Source of the DNA: Candidatus Poribacteria bacterium
GTDB lineage: Bacteria; Poribacteria; WGA-4E; WGA-3G
Direction of reading: 5' to 3'
DNA length: 64,000 nt
Assembly: GCA_965205015.1 (NCBI GenBank)
Contig: OZ242029.1
Span: 4,864,001 to 4,928,000, forward strand
Positions 10,542-18,171 of the stretch are shown here, one piece after another. The stretch's first letter is position 1. Every line of letters starts with the position of its first letter. Position numbers and translations under genes: made by a program. The notes under the pieces were generated by a model. It made no database searches and was not told the DNA's origin. It saw nothing but the letters and a program-made list of their open reading frames with translations.

Positions 10542-13220
10542 CTATTTCAGGTAGATTTCACCGTCCAAATCAGCAAGGGTGTGCTGAATATTGGTGATGC
10601 CCCTCGCGACAGCGGATGCTTGCGCCGGTAAATAAATCTCTTGCGCTTTTCCGCTGCGATTGTAGACTGCCCAACCATTGGTGAACTCCCGGATAAACAA
10701 ACCCTCAACCCCATGTCCCTTACCATCACGATAAAGGCGCGCCTTCTCGCCTACAGGACGACCGAGGTCCGCATCCCAGAATGGATACCAATAGTGTTGG
10801 TGGTTGTGATTATGCCGCTCACCTACTATATGTTCTCTCTCATGTTCGGGCGAGAGCGCGTATTCATGCTGATGGATGATGCCGGTAACTCCCATGACAT
10901 AACAAACGTAACCATCAGAATGTGTGAGGCTCAACGTCGTAATAACACGCATCATTTGCTGGTTACGGGGAGAATCTGGACGCTCAAACGGAATTCCTTG
11001 ACCTTCAAGCGCATTTATTCGCGGTCCACGAAAGTTCTGCTCCGACCATAACAACGTGCTTTCAATCTCTCGGAGACGCTCATGCGTGTAAGCCGTATCA
11101 CCTTCGTCCAGAATCGTTTCTATGAACGCCCCATTAAGGTAGGGTGCAGACAGTCGAGCTTTATGCCGTCCCGTATTGACAATCATCAGAAAATTGTCAC
11201 CAACAGCCTCACGAATCCGACGCATCATAGATATTCTCGCCGACCACTCGGCTTCAACACCTCGATAGTAAACCCCGTTGTCGTCCTCAAGCGTAACCTC
11301 GCCTTCCTGCCACCGTCCCAAGAAGACCCCGTCATGGAGACTACATTTCGCGACGGCGAGAACTTTCTGAACGAGGATGTCCTGGACGACAGGGTGTGTG
11401 AAATCTATCAGGAAGGTGGAACCCCCAGCGTAAGCTTGAACTCGATCGCCGTTCGCATCTCTTATCCAATGGGGCCACTCTTCAGGGTAGTCGCTTGGAT
11501 CAGCATCAATGTAGTCGAGACTCACAAGTCTTAGAAAGTTAGGATTTTTTGAAAGCAGATACTCCCTTTTCCCGTGTGCATCGTCTATTCTACCAAAGAG
11601 CCGGAGTCCTTCAGGTGTAGGCTGCCATTGCAGATGAAACCCCGGTCCACCCCAAAATAGATCGTGATAGACGAGTTCCTCATCTGCAGATAAGTTTGGT
11701 ACGTTGAGCATATCGTAATACCACGCTGAAAAGACCGAAGGATACTCCCTATCTTTGATACGAGATGCTACCGCGACCCGCGATATATCATCACAGATCC
11801 GGAAATTGCCATGCGTGTGTAACTCCTCTAAGTGCGTCAGCCCATCGAGGGGTGAAAAATCCCGAATATCATTATTTTCTACTAATAACTTTTTGAGATT
11901 GACTAACCCTGCAAGGGGTGAAATATCTTCGATGTGGTTCTGCCAAACATGTAAAGTCTCTAAACGCGTGAGTGCTGTGAGCGGACGTAGGTCCGAAATC
12001 TGGTTCTCTCCCAAATCCAGAAAAGCAAGTCCCGTTAGACTTGACAAAGGAGATATATCGTGAATCTTGTTCCCTATCAGAACAAGTGCTTGCAAATCAG
12101 TCGCGTGCTCTAAACCTATAAGATCGACGATCCCTTTATATCGCACATCAAGGGTTGTTAGGTGTTGAAGATCCCCCGGTGCCAATAGGTGGTGTGCTGG
12201 AAGCTGAAGCGTTTCTCGGACAGCCTGTCGGAGCGCGGAGTCCGGCATCCACTGTCCCTCAGAAAGTTTGAGTGAATCTTTTGAGGCATTGGGTGTTAAA
12301 TGCCTCTCGGGATCGTGTAAGCCGGTACTATTGTTTTTACTGATGGTGGTCGTTTGTCCAATTTGATTTCGCACGGAGGGTTTTGCGTCAGTCTCAAGGA
12401 CAATAGGGGCATCCATAATTTCAACGGTCGGGGCGGATTCAGCCTCGAAGCTGTAAGGTTTCTGAAAATGTGCGAGGTATTGGTTGCTGACGCTGAGCAT
12501 CAACAGGGTTGCTAAAACCACAGCACTCCCAAAAGCCGCCCACGGCAAGAACGGTTCCATTTTCGGAGAAGGGGTCGGTTGCATGTTAGCAACCTCTCGC
12601 ATGATGTTCTGTTTTATACTCGCCGATATCTGCACACCCCCGAGCACTTCTTGGATCAACAGTTCTTCATCTTCTTGTAACCGTTTCCGGGCACGATGCA
12701 GCCGAGTCCTTATCGTCTCCACTGACACCCCCAAGAATTTGCCAATGTCCTTCGTCGTCATTTCACCGAGATAATAGAGCGTCATCGCTGTCCGTTCACT
12801 CTCCGGCAATTTCTCCAAAAGTTTTTTGACGATTTCAAAACGATGTTCGGTTGCCTCTGTCTCGCGCCGTTCTAAGATGTAACGCGCATAAGCGGATTTC
12901 ACCACTTCTTCCACAGGTGTGTCCTCCAAGGATTGCAAGTGTCTTTCAGGTTTCTGTTTGCGCAGCCAATTCAGACACAGCCGATTCGCAATGACATACA
13001 GCCACCCGAGAAACTGGCTCGGATTTCTCAGCGTTGAAAGGTTTTGATAGGCACGGAGGAAAGTATCTTGCGTAATTTCCTCTGCATAGTGGAAATCACC
13101 GATCTTCCGCCACACGAGGGCGTGAACACTTTTTTGGTATTTTTCTACTAAAATGTCAAATGCCGTGTCGTCGCCTGACAAAACGGCATGAATCAACTGA
13201 ACATCGTCTTTTCTCTCCAC
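10542..13220 (-). CDS. ECF sigma-70 factor fused via a TM helix to LRR and hydrolase-like extracytoplasmic domains
   Basis: 892 aa. Region 2 (AEEITQDTFLRAY...FLGWLYVIANRLCLNWLRK) and region 4 (LPESERTAMTLYYL...IGKFLGVSVETIRTRLHRARKRL), a hydrophobic helix (FLPWAAFGSAVVLATLLML), LRRs, and the same C-terminal module as 3713..5962. Confidence 0.9.
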   Translation of the reverse strand: MERKDDVQLIHAVLSGDDTAFDILVEKYQKSVHALVWRKIGDFHYAEEITQDTFLRAYQNLSTLRNPSQFLGWLYVIANRLCLNWLRKQKPERHLQSLEDTPVEEVVKSAYARYILERRETEATEHRFEIVKKLLEKLPESERTAMTLYYLGEMTTKDIGKFLGVSVETIRTRLHRARKRLQEDEELLIQEVLGGVQISASIKQNIMREVANMQPTPSPKMEPFLPWAAFGSAVVLATLLMLSVSNQYLAHFQKPYSFEAESAPTVEIMDAPIVLETDAKPSVRNQIGQTTTISKNNSTGLHDPERHLTPNASKDSLKLSEGQWMPDSALRQAVRETLQLPAHHLLAPGDLQHLTTLDVRYKGIVDLIGLEHATDLQALVLIGNKIHDISPLSSLTGLAFLDLGENQISDLRPLTALTRLETLHVWQNHIEDISPLAGLVNLKKLLVENNDIRDFSPLDGLTHLEELHTHGNFRICDDISRVAVASRIKDREYPSVFSAWYYDMLNVPNLSADEELVYHDLFWGGPGFHLQWQPTPEGLRLFGRIDDAHGKREYLLSKNPNFLRLVSLDYIDADPSDYPEEWPHWIRDANGDRVQAYAGGSTFLIDFTHPVVQDILVQKVLAVAKCSLHDGVFLGRWQEGEVTLEDDNGVYYRGVEAEWSARISMMRRIREAVGDNFLMIVNTGRHKARLSAPYLNGAFIETILDEGDTAYTHERLREIESTLLWSEQNFRGPRINALEGQGIPFERPDSPRNQQMMRVITTLSLTHSDGYVCYVMGVTGIIHQHEYALSPEHEREHIVGERHNHNHQHYWYPFWDADLGRPVGEKARLYRDGKGHGVEGLFIREFTNGWAVYNRSGKAQEIYLPAQASAVARGITNIQHTLADLDGEIYLK

Positions 13221-13344
13221 GGAGCTCCCTCCTCATAAACAGATTCAACCGTGTCGACTTCCACTGAAACATCCAATTCGGTACTAAGTCTCGGACTTTA
13301 TGCCATGCAACACAGTTTACACAATTATGTTATGACAATATTAA

Positions 13345-13372
13345 AGACACAATTTTTTCGTGAAACGTTACA
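13345..13372 (-). promoter_or_regulatory. Candidate ECF-type promoter upstream of the ECF sigma fusion
   Basis: Minus strand reads TGTAAC-N17-TGTCT, resembling ECF -35 (AAC) and -10 (GTC) elements, about 125 bp upstream of the start. Confidence 0.35.
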
Positions 13373-13479
13373 TCAGGTGGAAAAAAGAATTTATCAGAGG
13401 GCAATTTACGATTCTTTTTGTCAGGGTAGGGATTAGTGAAAAGGGAAGCAGTATTGTATTTTCCTGCTGTTTTGATAGG

Positions 13480-13641
13480 TTATGTTATCTTTTGTAACCA
13501 TGTATATGGATTCTCTACGCGGACGTGAAGGTGCGACTGATAGCGTTTGGCGAGTCTTAACATTCGGTCATCAGTTGTCAGAAGGATATCCGCATCACCC
13601 CTTTCGGCACACGCGATATGCAGAGCATCATAAGGCTTAAA
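13480..13641 (-). pseudogene. 3' half of a PIN-domain (VapC-like) toxin gene
   Basis: Translates as FKPYDALHIACAERGDADILLTTDDRMLRLAKRYQSHLHVRVENPYTWLQKIT*. DALHIA..A and LTTDD are C-terminal PIN motifs. No start codon or N-terminal half. Confidence 0.8.
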
Positions 13642-13978
13642 TCTCACGCAGGAACCGCATCTGTCCAGATGGACCCAGTTTTCCTGAAATTACGCTAAGT
13701 CCAAACCGATAAACCTCAATATCTGCCATTTCACTTATGTCTTTCGGAGATTTATTTTCGGGTCCCTCTTGTTTTTTTTCACGGAGATCTTGAATCCCTT
13801 GCATAATTGTCTCCATATCCAGACCGTCTAACCACTTGTGACGTTCAGCGGTATAATCGCCCGTGGGAGGCTCACACTGCCTAAGGAATCGAATTGTTCC
13901 AGCACGCCCCAATTTATCCAAAAGGATCTCAAGTCCCAACTCGTAAACTTCAGTGTCTGACATCTCTCGTATGTTCAT
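13637..13978 (-). CDS. Putative antitoxin with internally duplicated domain, probably 3'-truncated
   Basis: Two copies of a unit (IREMSDTEVYELGLEILLDKLGRAGTIRFLR / ISEMADIEVYRFGLSVISGKLGPSGQMRFLR). The GDYTAERHKWL motif is typical of PIN-associated antitoxins. Confidence 0.65.
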   Translation of the reverse strand: MNIREMSDTEVYELGLEILLDKLGRAGTIRFLRQCEPPTGDYTAERHKWLDGLDMETIMQGIQDLREKKQEGPENKSPKDISEMADIEVYRFGLSVISGKLGPSGQMRFLREI

Positions 13979-14045
13979 TGGTACTTATCTCCTGTAACCA
14001 TTATGTAGATTTCCAACGCGTACCCGAAATCGGATAATTAAGCAC

Positions 14046-14075
14046 TCCCTTTAAGAGAAGGCGAGGTCAGGAAAC
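14046..14075. repeat. REP-like palindrome / probable terminator for the 14634..15257 gene
   Basis: AAGGCGAGGT-CAGGAA-ACCTCGCCTT perfect 10-bp inverted repeat. Confidence 0.6.
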
Positions 14076-14187
14076 CTCGCCTTACGGGTAATCAGGGATA
14101 AAATTTACCACTCCCCCGCTAAAGTTTCCCCTACCTTTAGGTAGGGGATGTAAGCGGAAACCAAGGGTGTGAAAGTCTCAATTAAAC

Positions 14188-14216
14188 TTGAAATTATACA
14201 GAAAATGTGGTATGAT
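14188..14216 (+). promoter_or_regulatory. Sigma-70 promoter inside the IS-like element
   Basis: TTGAAA-N17-TATGAT with extended -10 TG. Confidence 0.7.
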
Positions 14217-14222
14217 TCTTAT

Positions 14223-14637
14223 ATCAACGGGATAGGATAACAATCACCCGAAACCTATCGGGTGTCCTATCCAACCCAATTGTTAGGGTAGCGTTGACGT
14301 TGATACTTTCAACAAATACCACTTTTCGATTTATGAGTTATTAGCAAGGTTATGACCCTTGCGATCGTTTGTGATGAGTTGCTTTGGTAGAGATTGTGAA
14401 ATCACCTTTAATTTCACAACCGCCACACTGTATAGCAACGTCTTATCAAAGTATCGGTCTATTCTATGGGGTAATCGGAATAGTCCGTAGTTGTGCATTG
14501 GCTGGCACCGCGATTGTTGTATCGTGTCACCAGTAGAAATACTGGGAACGGCATTTAGACCGTAAGAGTGTACCCAGCGACTGAAATAGGATCGCCAAGC
14601 AAAGAAACCCCATGCTTTAGCTTGCGGGAGCAGTCAT
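14223..14637 (+). ncRNA. Candidate ~410-nt structured ncRNA with omega/reRNA-like 3' end
   Basis: Nested helices: TCAACG/CGTTGA enclosing GGATAGGA/TCCTATCC and CACCCGA/TCGGGTG; GATACTTT/AAAGTATC enclosing GCAAGG/CCTTGC and TTGTGAAAT/ATTTCACAA; CTATTC/GAATAG; CCAGTA-GAAA-TACTGG tetraloop. No ORF. Confidence 0.55.
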
Positions 14638-15257
14638 TTGCGTTTAGAGGGTGCTTCCATCGCTGGATAGATTTCTATATCCGCTCGCGTGATGAGAACG
14701 CCGACGTAGAAGGTCAACCAGTCGCCGCAGAGCTCAATAGACATGTACTCGTCGTTATCACTGGCGTACTCGTGAAGTTCAACATCAAACTTATCTTCCC
14801 CTTCGGCATTGGCGAGGGTAAGGGTGGCAGGCACAACGTCTTGTCGGTTATATTCAACAGCGATGTCCTCACCCTGACTATCTGAGTTAGGAAAATAGAG
14901 GGTCATTGTGTCCGGCAACGGATCGCCGAGTTCACATTCGTCGTCAACAATCCATCGGGAAATCTCGTATTCGTCCTTCGTCCCAGCGACATGATCGACC
15001 CCGATAACGACCTCTTCCTCCGCGTCTTGGACGTGATACATATAGCGGCGGAGGCTGTTACCTTCATACTTCTTCCGTGTGACCAGTTTGAAGGCGTGCG
15101 AAGTATCTCCCGTCTCCTCATACGTAATGATATCGGAGAGTTCAATCATGCTATCAAGCGGAATGTCGACTAACTCATGTCGCTCCGGTTTCTTGGGTTC
15201 AGCGTCCTTTCGTCTACCAAACAGGGGTGTGCCATCTTTTCTACCAAACAGTGCCAT
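14634..15257 (-). CDS. Hypothetical acidic protein, DUF4178-like
   Basis: 207-aa acidic, beta-rich ORF ending in YMSIELCGDWLTFYVGVLITRADIEIYP, which resembles DUF4178 C-termini (by eye). Confidence 0.55.
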   Translation of the reverse strand: MALFGRKDGTPLFGRRKDAEPKKPERHELVDIPLDSMIELSDIITYEETGDTSHAFKLVTRKKYEGNSLRRYMYHVQDAEEEVVIGVDHVAGTKDEYEISRWIVDDECELGDPLPDTMTLYFPNSDSQGEDIAVEYNRQDVVPATLTLANAEGEDKFDVELHEYASDNDEYMSIELCGDWLTFYVGVLITRADIEIYPAMEAPSKRK

Positions 15258-15265
15258 GTTCCCCC

Positions 15266-16387
15266 CTAAAAATAACCCTTGTTATACATCACAACCACAA
15301 CCACGCCAACAACGAGGACGCTTCCGAAGATAAGCAGGAACCAAGTTGCCCCCGATGTCTCCTTCTCGATAACAACGGTTCGTGTAGCAGGCGGGGCGCG
15401 CGTTGCGGGGGTTGTTACCGTCGGTGTCGCCTCGGCAGCGGCAAGGAGTTCCGACTTCAATGCCTCTTCATCTGGCAGCTCATCAACTGTAACAGCCTCG
15501 GCACCCTCCCCATAAAACGCATCAGGGTTCTCCTCAACGTAACTCGCGACATAATCCTCATCTCGGTTTGTGCCGGGGTCTACGTAATTCGCGTTCGGTT
15601 CAACACCTTGGCTCTCGTAATAGTCTTTGTAGTACTCATACTCCGCCTGTTTTTCTGCACTCCAATGCGAGCGGTCATAATCGCGATGGTGATAGTGCCA
15701 CAGGTAACTATGGCGAATCGAATGGTTGTAATAATCATGGAAATAGATACCGAACATGAGGTTGTTAAACGCCATAGATGCCGCCAACGGGTACATTGAA
15801 TACCCCATCATTGGATAGTAACCCCCGAAGTTATTGACGTTAATCGTTTGGCGTGCGTCTCGGCGAGCGCGTGCCGTCTCGCGATTCGCTCTTCTGTTTT
15901 GGCGTTTTAGCGTCCGGTTTTCTGCCTTGAGTTGTCGAACCTGTTTCCGATTTTGCGCTTTCACCTGCCGTTGCTGACTGCGCGTTGCGCTCCGAGTCGC
16001 GGTCGTGCTTCGATTTGTTGCAGTCGTCGCTTTTGCACGGCTCGTTGCCGTCTGCCGCTGACGCGCTACGGTGCTGGCACGTGTACCGGTGCTTCTCGAC
16101 GCGCTACTTCTGCTATAACTGCTGCCTGTACTGCGGGTCGTTCGCGTCGAACTCCGTGGCGTGCTATAAGAACGACTCGTGCTACTCCGACTGCGCGTGC
16201 TACTATAGGAACGCCTGGGAGTGGTACTCCGTCGACTCGTGCTACGACTATAACTCCGGCTACGACTGAAACTCCGTCCTCCCCGAAAACCACCGCCGCG
16301 ACGGCTCTCTACAATATCGGGTGCAAAACTGAATAAAAAGACAACCAGAACCGCAAGGATTGAAAACTTCTGAAATTTACGTTTCAC
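15266..16387 (-). CDS. Exported Arg/Ser/Thr-rich low-complexity protein with C-terminal membrane anchor
   Basis: Likely GTG start (VKRKFQKFSILAVLVVFLFSF signal), RGGGFRGGRSFSRS low-complexity tract, C-terminal TM WFLLIFGSVLVVGVVVVVM. Confidence 0.75.
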   Translation of the reverse strand: MKRKFQKFSILAVLVVFLFSFAPDIVESRRGGGFRGGRSFSRSRSYSRSTSRRSTTPRRSYSSTRSRSSTSRSYSTPRSSTRTTRSTGSSYSRSSASRSTGTRASTVARQRQTATSRAKATTATNRSTTATRSATRSQQRQVKAQNRKQVRQLKAENRTLKRQNRRANRETARARRDARQTINVNNFGGYYPMMGYSMYPLAASMAFNNLMFGIYFHDYYNHSIRHSYLWHYHHRDYDRSHWSAEKQAEYEYYKDYYESQGVEPNANYVDPGTNRDEDYVASYVEENPDAFYGEGAEAVTVDELPDEEALKSELLAAAEATPTVTTPATRAPPATRTVVIEKETSGATWFLLIFGSVLVVGVVVVVMYNKGYF

Positions 16388-16425
16388 CCTGATCTTCCTC
16401 CTTAGATTTTTTTCGATGGAAAAAC

Positions 16426-16454
16426 TTGACAAAAGATGCCGAATTTGTTAAAAT
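16426..16454 (+). promoter_or_regulatory. Sigma-70 promoter for tRNA-Arg
   Basis: TTGACA-N17-TAAAAT with extended -10 TG. Confidence 0.75.
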
Positions 16455-16516
16455 TAAGAATACATGTAAATCAGGGGCGGTTTTATTCGTTAACCTCCCT
16501 GACTTTGAAGATTTAT

Positions 16517-16590
<74 letters not shown>

Positions 16591-16713
16591 TTCTTTTTTT
16601 TAATGGACGCGCACGTCACATTCTCACTGCGAGAAACCTTATTCCACCATTTTAAAGATTATGCTAACATTAATTCAGAGAATTGTCAAGGACTTTTGAA
16701 CGAAAGGAAAAAC

Positions 16714-17598
16714 ATGGCACTTGATGTCCGAGATGCACGATTAACGGATCTGATCGATCCGGAGGCAGCCGTTGAGCAAATAGCAACAGGCTGCCAATTC
16801 ACCGAGGGACCCCTCTGGCACGCCACAGAGCAGTTTCTGCTTTTTAGCGATATTCCGGCAAACAAGATGCGGAGATGGGATGCCGACTCTGGAATGACTG
16901 TTTTTCGTGAACCCTCCGGTAAGTCAAACGGCTTGACTTACGACAAAGGTGGACACCTCATCGCCTGTGAACACGCAAACCGACGGGTCTCAAGAACAAC
17001 AGCAGATGGGCACGTCATCACAATCGCATCACACTATCAAGGCAAACGTTTGAACAGTCCGAACGATGTCGTCGTGAAATCCGATGGAAGCATCTATTTC
17101 ACCGATCCACCCTACGGGCTCAGCGCAGCCTACGGCGTTGAATCGGAGAAAGAACTCGACTTCCAAGGTGTCTATCGTCTCTCTCCAAATGGTGAGACCT
17201 TGACCCTTCTCGTCGATGACTTTGACAGACCCAACGGTATCTGCTTTGCACCGGACGAGTCGATCCTCTACATTAACGACACCGAACGGATGCATGTGCG
17301 CGCTTTTGATGTGCACTCCGACGGCACCCTCACAAACGACCGCATCTTCGGTGAAGAGGAAGGGGATACTGGAAAACCGGACGGGATGAAAGCCGATATA
17401 CAGGGAAACGTTTATTTAACAGGTCCCGATGGTATTTGGGTCTTCGCACCGGACGGAACACATCTCGGAATTATTCTCGTGCCTGAGCGCGCCGCGAACT
17501 TAGCGTGGGGTGGAGATGACTGGAAAACCCTTTTCATCACGGCGAGTACCTCCGTTTATCGCATAGCATGCAAAGCAGTAGGGGTCGCAGTCCCATAG
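16714..17598 (+). CDS. SMP-30/gluconolactonase family protein
   Basis: FTEGPLW, SNGLT, LNSPNDVVV, PNGICF and PDGMKAD motifs; AAGGA RBS before ATG 16714. Confidence 0.93.
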   Translation: MALDVRDARLTDLIDPEAAVEQIATGCQFTEGPLWHATEQFLLFSDIPANKMRRWDADSGMTVFREPSGKSNGLTYDKGGHLIACEHANRRVSRTTADGHVITIASHYQGKRLNSPNDVVVKSDGSIYFTDPPYGLSAAYGVESEKELDFQGVYRLSPNGETLTLLVDDFDRPNGICFAPDESILYINDTERMHVRAFDVHSDGTLTNDRIFGEEEGDTGKPDGMKADIQGNVYLTGPDGIWVFAPDGTHLGIILVPERAANLAWGGDDWKTLFITASTSVYRIACKAVGVAVP

Positions 17599-17603
17599 TC
17601 CCC

Positions 17604-18035
17604 ATGAAAGTTAATATCAAACGCATCGACAAGACACTTCCGTTGCCGAAATATGAAACCCCGGGTTCCGTCGGTTTCGATCTAATTTGTCGAGAATCGG
17701 CAGAGATCGCCCCACACACCATCGTCCTGATCCCCGCGAACGTTATTGTCGAAACACCGCCGGGTTATATGCTGATGGTATGTTCGCGAAGTAGCACACC
17801 GCGCAAATTCGGCTTGATGGTGCCCCAAGGCGTAGGTATCGTCGATAACGACTATTGTGGTGAAGCGGATGAATTGCAAATTCAGGTTTATAATTTCACA
17901 GATAGCGTTGTTAAGGTTGAAAGAGGGAGTCGCATCGCACAAGCCATTTTCGTGCGTGTAGACACAGCAGCGTGGAATGAGGTCGAACAGATGTCTGCTG
18001 CCTCCAGAGGTGGATTCGGTAGCACAGATCGGTAG
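17604..18035 (+). CDS. dut: dUTP diphosphatase
   Basis: GSVGFDL, SRSS, GIVDNDYCG, RIAQAI and RGGFGST dUTPase motifs. Confidence 0.93.
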   Translation: MKVNIKRIDKTLPLPKYETPGSVGFDLICRESAEIAPHTIVLIPANVIVETPPGYMLMVCSRSSTPRKFGLMVPQGVGIVDNDYCGEADELQIQVYNFTDSVVKVERGSRIAQAIFVRVDTAAWNEVEQMSAASRGGFGSTDR

Positions 18036-18171
18036 GACCTACGCGACTCTCTGGTAGTACCTGTCACCGAACCAACAGAAACCTTGCCTCTATGTCCGTA
18101 TGCCCGACCGTACAGCACCCGGACAAAAACCTATATCTGCGGTAAGAAATAAAAAAACAAGGAGACTCTTT

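Larger units (their letters stand above)
14109..14637 (+). mobile_element. Non-autonomous (ORF-less) IS200/IS605-family element, 529 bp
   Basis: Left-end hairpin CCCCTACCTTTAGGTAGGGG. Right end GAAACCCCATGCTTTAGCTTGCGGGAGCAGTCAT is typical of IS605/tnpB ends. Inserted immediately 3' of TTAC with no target duplication. Precise removal restores the flanking gene end (AAG TAA). No tnpA or tnpB ORF. Confidence 0.75.

Noticed and set aside
3239-10544. Amber (TAG) recoding suggested by two in-frame TAGs with sense-like continuation
   Set aside because: TAG terminates conserved genes at their normal ends (rpsJ, rplW, rplB, rplN, rplE, rpsD), and no pyl genes or suppressor tRNA are seen.
14440-14600. 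Group I intron / IStron (ATAGTCC resembles the S element)
   Set aside because: The P-Q-R-S elements are not in canonical order and the element does not interrupt a same-strand gene. Not supportable without an Infernal search.
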